Positions 27,112-37,600 of a DNA stretch of 64,000 nucleotides are shown piece after piece (the stretch's first letter is position 1; every line of letters starts with the position of its first letter). The stretch is from Lingula anatina (lineage: Eukaryota; Animalia; Brachiopoda). The DNA lies in contig CM120641.1 in the NCBI GenBank assembly GCA_051362555.1, positions 46,506,401-46,570,400 on the forward strand, in the 5' to 3' direction. Both the position numbers and the translations under genes were made by a program. Under the pieces are notes generated by a model that was not told where the DNA came from, did no database searches, and was given only the letters and a program-made list of their open reading frames with translations.

Positions 27112-27458
27112 GTGTGCTGTGTGAATGAACATTTGCTGTGTGTATGTGGAGGGGGGAGGGGGCTGTGTGTACGCTTGTGCTTATGTGTGTACGTGTGCTT
27201 GTGCGTGTGTGTGTGTGTGTGTGTGTGAGTTGGGTGAGCGTGTGTTTGAGAGAAGGAGAGAGAGAGAGAGAGAGAGAGTTTTTTTTACTGAATGTGAACT
27301 GACTGGATTTTGACTTTTAAATATTTTCAAAAATTCCGGGGAAAGCTTTGTTAAAGACTATGGCTGCAAAGATGACATTGTATTTAACCTCTACAGTTCT
27401 CATCTTTCAGTATTAATTTTTTACTTCAGGGTGCGGCCTACCTCCAGGGCAAGAGTAA
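22211..27458 (+). CDS. Secreted lipocalin A (apolipoprotein D-like outlier, 208 aa). Exons 22211-22372, 25781-25917, 26353-26438, 26832-27044, 27430-27458
   Basis: Signal peptide [20 protein letters not shown]; [15 protein letters not shown]|LQGEWLEMA = SCR1 GxW; [10 protein letters not shown] ~ SCR2; FTLWSK ~ SCR3; C-terminal QDGRC; intron phases 0,2,1,1 as in lipocalin genes; 627 nt open frame; AATAAA at 27542. Confidence 0.82.
22562..24241. mobile_element. Decayed Tc1/mariner-type element with long inverted arms in lipocalin A intron 1
   Basis: TA-caacattggtcaaaaaggttgtcccacc ... ggtgggacaacccttttgaccaatgttg-TA; the arms stay alignable for several hundred bp; transposase C-terminal remnant (..[14 protein letters not shown]) on both strands; absent from lipocalin B. 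Confidence 0.85.
25984..26155. mobile_element. MITE with 5-bp target duplication (GATAA)
   Basis: TIR caggcccgtagccag / ctggctacgggcctg; gataa on both sides; the paralogous intron at ~40121 has a single gataa (empty site). Confidence 0.9.
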
Positions 27459-27681
27459 AACGCTCAACAAAACACTACGTCCAGCGAGTTACTGTAGAGA
27501 ACAATTTGAGATTTTGAAATCATGTAACTTCGCATCTATTGAATAAAAAGCCGAAATTCTTCATTCTTTAAAGTTTAACATGGTTATAACAAGGAACTTA
27601 GATGTATTTTATTTTGAATTAATCGCGTTCGTTTCTAATTTTTTTGGACATAGAACTCAACTTTAGACGTGCAGTAAACGT

Positions 27682-27719
<38 letters not shown>

Positions 27720-28711
27720 TCTCTCTCAACGACAACACATATAGTAGATATTATGCAATTTATAAAAGGCGAAAATGGCGATTAACAATACATTTGGCTT
27801 TTAACAGATTTAATGATACTGCAGGAAAAGAGAAACATTTTTGCCCTGTTTAAAGGGATAATAACTCTTTGTTTTGGCCAAAAAATGAATTTTCCTGGAG
27901 TAAACAACAATTTTCCCATACTTACCAATGGTTAATAAATCCATTTTTACATTCAAACTTAGTCCCTGGTTATTATAATTATTCTTTTTGGATAATAAGC
28001 AACCTTAGAATCGATTAGATGATGCTGGTAAGCTGTATTGGTACCTCGTCTTATGTAGGATATTCCATGATTTATAGACATCCACTGTATTCGAAAAATA
28101 CTTGATTTTTGACACGTTATCGCCCTGACAGCGAGTTTTAGAGTCTTTTTTTAATAATGGTATTATTCTACTCAAAAGTGTTACAAGGTCGAAGCAAAAG
28201 TCCTTGACTGAACTTCGATGATGGGGTAATGAATTTACTGTGATTATTGTCGTAGAAAACAGGATGTATTCCACTTTGCAATTAGTGATATTTTTCCTGT
28301 TGGAGTCAGAAGCCAGGGATTGGGCCAGGATCCGCCTGGATAATTGCATTAACTTGGGCCTTATAAATGGGTGCCTTTTATTCTTGCTATTTCCATTTTT
28401 AATTTTATTTTCAACGTTTGGTTTCCTGAATTTGGCATTTCCTAATTAGACGTGGTCATTTACCTAAATGTGCAAAATCATGGGACTAAAAATATGCACT
28501 GATAACCTTTCATATGAAGTGACTCCAATTAAACATGGTTTCAGACAATTAATAAAACACAAATCATGAGGACTTTAATAGCGGTCGTGTCCTCATGACA
28601 TTATTTGTCTTTTTATGAATGCAATTTTCATATTTTTGGACGGAAATTTGTTTTCCTGTTTCTCCCTTAAATCAACCCAGGTTAATTACCCGTGGTAATA
28701 TAAATTCTTGC

Positions 28712-28809
28712 TATAAATAAGAACCTGAAGACTAGTACATCTGCGACTGGTCGTCAGATTGAGAAATCTCCTGACAATATCGTTTCAGTGATCAGCTTTC
28801 ATAAAACAG
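28712..28809 (+). promoter_or_regulatory. TATA box and non-coding first exon of AbfB-like gene 1
   Basis: TATAAATA at 28712 followed ~90 nt later by the donor aacag|GTAGGC; same layout at ~43855-43971, ~50963-51074 and on the minus strand at ~48847-48732 and ~56416-56301. Confidence 0.7.
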
Positions 28810-29111
28810 GTAGGCTGTAGATTTGCGATCGTGTATTTCGATATGGATTCAAGCATATAAGGACAGATGTAGGCCTCGAAAGCAAAATGATCAGGCTATT
28901 TTTATGATAACTTTTTCAAAAATAGTATAGAAGTGTTTCGGAAATAACTTATATTAAAAGTATCATTTAAAGTTAACTTTATGAGGGCATTGAACGTCTC
29001 ATCAAGACGATAAGTAAAGCAGTAAACTATAAAAAATAATGATCTCGAATGCATTGTTATAGTTTGGACAAAAAACACCAGTATTTATTGTTCTTGAAGG
29101 AATAACTGAAG

Positions 29112-31387
29112 ATGTTTTCCCTGTGTATTGTCACCGTTGCTGTGTTGGTCTCTCCCAGCCTTGTCCACGCACAGGAGACAGGCACCGGTGAGTGTTTGTG
29201 TTTATTGAAATTTTCATTCTTTTTTCGGAAGATGATATCTATTGCAACAGCCAACACTTCTTACATTAAAATCGACTGTAACAACTGTATTTTAGGTTGA
29301 AATATAACTTTTATCTTATAAAAGTACAGTTGCTACATACTAAAACTAACTGAGACCGTCCAACTCTCAAAATTACCCAAAATTAACAATGAAGTACACT
29401 AAAATTTAGATGATTTCATTATTTTAAGAACCTAGTATGATGTTTAAATATATAGATTTCAAAAGAAAACCCGACGTATGGTTTGTGTTTACGGGCACGT
29501 TTTAAATAATCGGTTAGGTATGACATTTCCGTAGAACATGTAGCCTGTTTTTTATGCTTTTCAAGTATCCGATAACACAAAATTACATTAATTGAATTTA
29601 AAAACATCTCTGCTTTGTCAGTCTTAAAAGGAAAGAAATAATTTAATCAATGCTGGAAAATATGAAGTAAGAATCTAGATGTAAAGCGGCATCATTTTCA
29701 GATTCAAATGTTGAATATTGATTATGATATATGAAAATAAAACAGATAAAAGATAATGATTGGCCTTTATTTCCCCACTGATATTAAAAAGCTTTGACGT
29801 TCAAACATATTCAAGCTCAAAAATAAAATACATCTTGATAATTATTTATTTACTTTATTCAATTGCAGTTGTGCGTCTTCGTTCCCAAAACTATCCCGAA
29901 TATACTTGGGGACTCCATCCTAACGCCGACGCATACATCAATCAAGGCTTCAGCGGAAATGTTTTCCATATTGTCCCCGGGTTAACCGGACAACCAGGTA
30001 CCGTGTCCTTCAACTCCGTGGACTACCCGTGCTCCTATCTCCGTCACTATAACTTCTTCGTGAACCTCGAAAGTTCAAAGAGCCCTAGGAATGCTCACAT
30101 CTTCGACAAGGACGCCACGTTCTACCCTCGACCTGACAAATTTCTTCAAGGATACACGGCCTACGAGTCGGTGAACTACCCTGGGCACTTCATCCGCCAT
30201 GCTGGCTACAGACTGCAGATACGTAGAGACGATGGTTCTCTCCTGTTTAAGAAAGATGCCAGTTTCAAAGTTGAGAGAATTGGTACGTAGACAGTTAGTT
30301 ATTTACAACTGAACATGTAACGAATTTTGTTGATCTTCTGTGTAGTTGATATGGTGCGCCCAATCGTTTTGTCTGTGAAACAAGATGGTATAGATGAAAG
30401 GAGATATCCATGGGCGTAACTAGGCATACGCACGGATGCACTGTGCGTACAATTTTTTGGCCAACCATGATATTATTTAATATAAATTTAGTGTATTTTT
30501 CACGGAATATAAAAGAAAATCCCCTGCTTATTAAAGTCACCTGTATGTACAAATCCTGTGTATAAATTGTATAGGCACAATTGTTCTGACCCCCCCTCCC
30601 CCCCTGTCTTGCATTCTTTTATTGAACTGAGGTAAACAATGCCTGTAACCTTAACAAGTCCTATCTTAATCGTCCATCTAACTGGAACTTCCTTTACCTC
30701 TTAATTGGAGGGTTCAGTGGCCCTCAACTCTCCTGTAGCCTCTTTCTTGAGAATATCGAACGCATTCTTGGTGGCGATATCTATCTCGGGTAAAAATCTG
30801 CCTGAGTGTTATTTTCAAAGAGCAGCTCCCGCAACCCTGGGGGCACTAGATAAAATCTGGACACCAGGCTTAATAAGGAGCTAGAGAAACAAAGGAAGAA
30901 TTTTTCCCGCAAAACTTCAAAGAATTTTGACACGGACTTGATCCAGCTTATAACCCCTCCAAACTAACAGGGTGACATGGGCAATTTTTACAAACAAATA
31001 ATTAAACTGTAAGGTGAATGAAACCGTATGTTAGTTCAACTCAGAGGTGGATCCAGGATTATTCGAAGGGGGTTCCACATATGCGAAGCTAGCCTCCTTT
31101 TAAATAAATATACCGTTCTGGGTAATAAGAATATTGAAACTTTTTTAATTGCGAGAATATTTCTGACTAAATGATGATTTTATTATTAATGGAAAATAAA
31201 GCTGCGATGTGTGGTACATATGCTGTGATTACGCTGTCCTTCATCTGTTGCGTTAGTCTACATTTTGCTGGGAATTTTAAAAATCTGTGCGTACAATTTT
31301 TAAAGGTCTGGTTACGCCCCTGATATCTAAAATATCATAATTTGTTGTCAAAATTCATTCGAAAGAGCATTTATAATTTGAGACCAC

Positions 31388-31428
<41 letters not shown>

Positions 31429-31586
31429 GTGTGTGTGTTTGCCATTGCGTTGCATGCATATATATATATATATATACACATATATACAAGGTATATATAT
31501 TCCGTACGTGTATATATATATATCCGGAAGAAATTGCAAAAATAATTCTTATAATTTCAGTGTTGCTGGAAAGATGTGGCAGTTAA
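29112..31586 (+). CDS. Secreted stand-alone AbfB/CBM42-like beta-trefoil protein, copy 1 (171 aa). Exons 29112-29187, 29869-30282, 31561-31586
   Basis: Signal peptide MFSLCIVTVAVLVSPSLVHA; repeats VSFNSVDYPCSYLRH...FDKDATF and AYESVNYPGHFIRH...FKKDASF match the arabinose-binding AbfB domain pattern; a 26-nt last exon (xLLERCxx*) is conserved across copies. Confidence 0.88.
30409..31322. mobile_element. Non-autonomous DNA transposon, 5-bp TSD (ATATC), in the last intron of AbfB copy 1
   Basis: TIR catgggcgtaactag / ctggttacgcccctg; atatc on both flanks; empty site in copies 2 (~45558) and 4 (~52672). Confidence 0.85.
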
Positions 31587-33271
31587 ATTCCAAATCGCCA
31601 TATGCCGAGGGCAGAAACGTTTGATACACGTCCAAATAAAATGCCATATTCGGTGAAATTATTTATGGAATAAAATAGTGTATTAAACATTTTATTGAAG
31701 AATTATTTTTGGATACTTTTTTATTCAATAAACTTACGATCTTTTAAAACTGTTGACATGGAGCAGTGATCAGTATAGGGCTTGACACGGTTCTTGTGTA
31801 AAAGATACATTTAAACATTCTAAATTCACTTTTCCTTGTAACATAGCAAAACACACGTGAATTCACACTCTATTAGCACGTGACGTCACTTTCGCCAGAC
31901 CGTCGTTTCTTATATCAGCTGAGACAACACTACATCAAGCCATGCAAACAAACAATGAATGTTTGACATAGGCGCGATCTTTAAAAAACAAATATGGTTT
32001 GTTTTACATGCTATTTTTGAGCAAGTGAATCTTATAGTGTATTAAGATGTAAACCTACATACTGTATATCAAAAAAAATTGTGGAAACTAAAATATAGTC
32101 CGTCTGAACAGGAATTCTATTAGATTATTGTTATCCAACAGAATAAGATTTTTGTATTGTTCTATCCCCATTCATATTATGAGGAACCATATCAATACTA
32201 AAACTTCTTAAACCAAATTATCCTCATTCTTTAAACAGACGATCAAAAGGAATATAATAACATGAAAATTTGGCCCATTTCACGGTGTACTAGCTGTGGT
32301 AGGTAATATTCGATGTGTTAGATGGGTCTCATCTTCATTGCACTGGCCTGCCAGCATATTTATTTTTAATTATTTCACAAAATCTTTAAAAAGTATGCAA
32401 ATGGACATTAACGAATAACCGAGGCATCCTATTTCACCATACAACCATCAAGGTGGTTTTGGATATGCAAATAATAGTTTTTACACACAAGTCGTCTAAT
32501 TCGGAAAGAAGTGCATTAAATTAATTCAAATTAATATACATGTATATCTTTACCTTACATACTTATCCCCCAATATTATAATCAATACAAAACGTTTTTT
32601 TAATGATATATCATGCTTCTCAAAATTTGCGTGGAATCAGATATGGCAGCTGTAAGTTACTCTTTACCAGGATGGCAGATTATATAGGGAAAAAGGAGAA
32701 AAGCCAGAGATAGTAAAATGACCGTCTTTTTATCTAAAGACATCTCTGTGAATATCCTGTGAAAAGTCAATCTATGGCCCTAGTAGAGAGTAGCTGTAAG
32801 TATCTTTTCGAAAATCGAGCAGACATTCTGACATGTATGTGTTTTTTTCACACCTGACAGGATGGAGAATACTTTATGTGTGTGTGGGGAACTAGCTCTT
32901 GTAAAGCACTTGTCTAAAACTCCTGTAACATTTACTTGAATATAAGAAAATTGGCCTTTCATAAAACATGTTGCCATAGCAACTAACTTAACATGCATGG
33001 TTAACCGTCACTCTGTCCATCACAGAAAAGGGGGGTGGAAGCCTGTCAAGGTTTAACATTAAACGTCTTCTGCTCCTCTGCGCAACATAAAGTTAAGTAT
33101 TTATATTTAAAGCGTTAAGAATAAGACAAACACCATTTCCTTAGTTTCGGCATTTATTATTAAGTTACTAGTATTTTAAATTATTCAAACATAAAAAGTA
33201 TTAATTGTCCTCAAATGTCTCCATATTTCACTGAATGCGGCATTTTATTTGGACGTATATCAAACGTCTTT

Positions 33272-33715
33272 CACCCCATTTCCATAGATTTTTAGATCGA
33301 TCTATCCCTGTGGGGAGTCTCACTAGATTACTGTCAGCTTGGCCGGCTTAAGCGTCTGTCCCGCCTACTAAAAGCTGTAAGGTGGTAATTAACTATGGTG
33401 CCCGCTCGGCTGACTGCAATTTAGCGTGAACCCCCAGGGAGTTAGGTCGATCTAAATCTTTATCTTTAGATCGATCTAAATCTCTGGGAAAGCACCCTTT
33501 GACTGCATTCCCACAGATTTAGATCGATCCATCAGGATCGACCTAACTTCCTGGGGGTTCACGCTAAATTGCTATCAGCCGAGCATGCACGGAAGTTAAT
33601 TACCTCCTTACAGCTTTCAGTAGGCGGGACAGACATTTAAGCCGGCTAAGCTGACAGTAATCTAGTGAGACTCCCCACGGGGATAGATCGATCTAAAATC
33701 TGTGGGAATGCAGTC
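33272..33715. mobile_element. Two ~215-bp MITE copies in inverted orientation (about 440-bp imperfect palindrome)
   Basis: Second copy has TIR gactgcattcccacagattt / aaatctgtgggaatgcagtc (33501-33715); first copy is its diverged reverse complement; empty site at ~54505-54515; related fragment at ~50003-50175. Confidence 0.8.
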
Positions 33716-33732
33716 TTTAGGATAGTAAAGGC

Positions 33733-33880
33733 TTATGTGTGGCATCTTTCCAGTAAATCTGAAAACATAAAAATTCTTGTTGTAATTTTTTTCTGTAAAC
33801 ACCAAGCAAAAACAAGGAGTAAAACAGAGAGATAGAGAAGAGAGAGAGAGAGAGAGAGAGAGAAGGCCACGGTGGGCAAA
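33733..33880 (-). pseudogene. Orphan last exon (DLLERCHT*) and partial intron of a deleted minus-strand AbfB-like gene
   Basis: ttttcag|atttactggaaagatgccacacataa at 33758-33733 is nearly identical to 47146-47121; homology ends at ~33880 and the domain exon is absent. Confidence 0.85.
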
Positions 33881-34604
33881 AAAATAAAAAAAATAAAAAA
33901 AAAACAATGAAAAAATTACTACGTGTTCCAGATTTATAATCTTTATTTAAAAAGTGTAATAAGGTGATTTTATGATAATATTAGTTCTCCTCTTCTCCCC
34001 CTATTCCTCATTATCAGATAAATATTATTACTGCTGTAACAGTCATCTTCTATATTGTCCTCTTAGGAAACATTCTAAAACAGAAATAGCTACACAGCCA
34101 AAGACAGTTGTGTCACTGTGTGTGTGCGTGTGCGTGTGCGTGTGCGTGTGCGAGCGTGTGTGTTAGCTATGGAACCCCAGGAGGGCCAAATGAAAAAAAA
34201 TTATCCCAGGATATGTGGTCGACTTGATTTCAGTGGATCAAGAAGAATACAATGCAGTATTTGAAATGCGAAGTTAGGGTTTTGCGTTACCAGTCTCCAA
34301 ATACAAATATAATTATTTATATGTAAATAACACGGGAGACAATCAACAGCAGAAGCAGAGGTGGTGGATGTGATGTGTAGTCAGCTTAGGACATACCCGC
34401 TTTCTAAAAGCAAAAGCAAAGATAACATTGCAGATTTCATTAACTTGCACGTTCAGAGAGCTCGGCCAATCATTGCGCAGGCATAAGAAATGACAAGGGC
34501 TCAGCCAGGGAAGCTATAATCCTGTATAAAAACGTAAATATCCAGGTACACGCATATAACTCGCAGTCTAATTTCAGAAGAAGATCACACATCGCGCGAA
34601 CGCC

Positions 34605-37600
34605 ATGTCTTCCATTGTCTTCCTCTTGATGGTGGCCGTCTACACGGTAACAAACGCAGACGCCGGGCTAGGAAAGAATAAGGATGAAACTGCTACGAAG
34701 AGGATCCGCTTTCCTAAACCAGGCCGCTGTAACGTGAAACCCTTGAGGAACCTTGCTTGGGATAAGGTTGGTACACCTTCTCTTGTGGATCGGAGAGTCA
34801 AATAAAGAAAACCCTGAACTATAACTTAGTGTGATTGATGCACGCAAGCTCCTTCATTTTTAACACGCCATATGCGCACGCTTATTCTTTGGCTGTCAGC
34901 GACAAACTGGTGATTAAGTTTACCGCGCAAGCGCAAATGTGCAACATTTGTAGAAAGGGAAATGGCGTAGTTTTATGTTTATAATATGCGATTAAAATGC
35001 CCGAAGTTATATTTTAATGTCTAAAAATCCTGCAAAGTTACTTATATTTCCCCATCCAGACCTTCAAAAAGATGTCCCCTTTGTTTCAAATAAAAGGAAC
35101 TGGAGTCAATATTTTTTTCTAGAAGAAATATCAACCACTTGTCGAGCAATGACTAGTGGGTACTAGTGAGTAGCAGAAATTTGCGTTTCTGCCGAGGAAA
35201 ATTCTAACGGTCAAAATATAGACATTGATAAAAAAAGGTCTATTATTAAAGAATATACCTTTTTTGCTTTCGGGGTCATTTTTGGAAACCAAATAAGGAC
35301 AGTAGTCTGGTCTTGTGCAAGTGGGGTTTTAGCAATCTGGATATTATTGAAACATGACATTTGATATTTTGTGGACTCTTTGATTTGAAATTTAGCAACC
35401 CAGTTGCAATTGACAGATTTAAGTATTGATATAAAAACAAGGATTGTATCTTTTTGGAGCAACATAAATCCAAGTAAAAAGCGGTTTGATTAAATACCAA
35501 AATATCACCTGAAAAGTAAATCTTTAGTTTTTAATTTTTGTGATTAAGTATTTTCCAATAGGTCTATAAAAGGATGGTTCTAATTTACACAAAAATTAAG
35601 GGATCATTTTTCCAGGATGGGATTTTAGTCCGGTTGCTTAGGGTAAAAAAATGGCCAAATCGTGACACAGCGGATAAAAGCACCAAATTTTGCATGTGGG
35701 TACCTTTTGACATACTAAATCAAATTAGAGCCGCAGCCCTCGGAAAAAATTTACCGTTTGGCCAAAAATACAAAATGGCCGCCAATTTGTGAAATTTTGT
35801 AGAATTATATACATATCCATGTTGATTTTTATCAAATAAAGTATTTTCTCAATGTTTTCCACATCCTTATTACCCATATTATGCATATGTGTCAGATAAC
35901 AAACTAGTGTCCTTGGACTTATTGAAAAATCCAAGATGGCCGCCGTATGACATAGAAATACTAGAACATGTACTAGGGTTTTCAACTAACTAATGCCAAC
36001 TAGGAAGATGCATTGCCCACTATCTAATTAATTTTGTTTCTTATTACACAAATAATATATTTGTGGTGAGTAACTAACCTTTATTCACAGGCAATTCGAG
36101 AAAAATCCAAGATGGCCCTCATATCAAAGGAATACTAGTATACACATAGGGCTTCTTCTACCATGAAGATATAATATTAATTGATAAATTAGGTTTGTTT
36201 CTGAGTATTTTCCATATCTTTTTAATTCACATAATACATATGTGATAAGAATGTTATGTGTTTCTTTTTTGACAACAAAACAAAACAAAATGGCTGCCAT
36301 TAGCCATAGAAGGTGGGGTTCAGTTAATTCCTGCGAGAGATAGGCTTACAGATAAAATGAAGCTGAATTCGGTTGTTATTCTGTTTTTTTAGTATTATTA
36401 TCCCATTGTAATAACCGGTCGGTGGTTATACATTTGTTCTAAGAGTTACATTTTCACCAATAAGACAACTGAGACAGGCAGGAATAGTTTTCTGTTACAT
36501 GGTTTATTCAAGTGCCTGAAGACTCAGGTCTCTTCTACCGTATCTATAACTATCTCTTAACTCTCTCAGTCTGTAAGTCTCTCTCAGTGGCTAAGTCACT
36601 GCCTTTATACTCTATCTTAATTTGCATTTCAAATTAGCTTTCGTAACTGTCATGAAACATGCCATGCCTATGTACATTAACTTAATTGTAGATACATTTA
36701 AATTAAATCTTGATTTGCATTTTAAATGAACTTCTTTTAAACTGCCATGCAACATGTCATGTCTATGTATATTTGAATAATTAAAACGTACAAATATATA
36801 CATATCTGATGTATGCAAATTTAGAAGACTATCAGTTCTAATTAACGGATCACTACACCATGATACATATCTGTTAGGTAATAAATGTCCATATTTTATC
36901 ATTTTGGGGAAATCCAAAATAGGAAAACTGGTGCATTAGATTTTATAGGCACTTCTAAGGCAAATCAGGGTAATCATGATATTTTTTCAAAATACTTGTA
37001 GCTTAAGGGTATACACTTGTTACCCACCAAATAGATATCTAAAAGTCCAAAAAGAATGTGGGAAATACCGAGAAACAAAATTTCATATTGAACCCAATAT
37101 CTCTCTGGCAGTAGTTGACTGTACTATTCCTATTGTGAATTGCAGCAATCTTGAATTTTCTCAAATACGCAAGATGCACACTTGCTACACACCAGCTTTA
37201 TAAAGAGTAAGGTTAATAAGGATGTCAACATGTTAAAACATCAAACGGCTTTATTTCATGTTGGAATCAATGTCTGAACTGTTCTACTAATTGACACCTA
37301 TGTGCATTTGAATGATATATTCCTATGACAACTGGCAGCTATCTTGGGTTTTCTCCGAATAATACTCAAGGATACATACACTTTCAAAACAAACAGAGTC
37401 TTTCATAAGGATAAATAGGATATGAAAAACATTTAAAAACGACCCAAAGTTAACTACATTTAAATCGTACTCAGTATCTCTAACATCATTTGATTATGTG
37501 TTCGAATATTCTAATGACAAAAGGCAGACATCTTGAATTTTTTCAGAATACCCAAAGATACACACATGCTACAGACCAGGTATACATCATAGGGGTAATA

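Noticed and set aside
27080-27280. ORFs made of (GT)n, (GA)n, (CT)n and (AT)n tracts (also ~31390-31520, ~34120, ~41050-41210)
   Set aside because: Simple microsatellites.
28005-28449. Coding-looking segment repeated upstream of the plus AbfB genes (also ~43260-43690, ~50385-50710)
   Set aside because: Frames are not preserved between copies and I recognise no protein family; treated as duplicated intergenic DNA.
29760-30290. ORF-track starts and GT* ends for the AbfB ORFs (also 44989, 52099, 54748, 47330)
   Set aside because: The N-terminal extensions are intron sequence and the apparent stop lies in a GTACGT donor; separate signal-peptide and LLERC exons give the better model.
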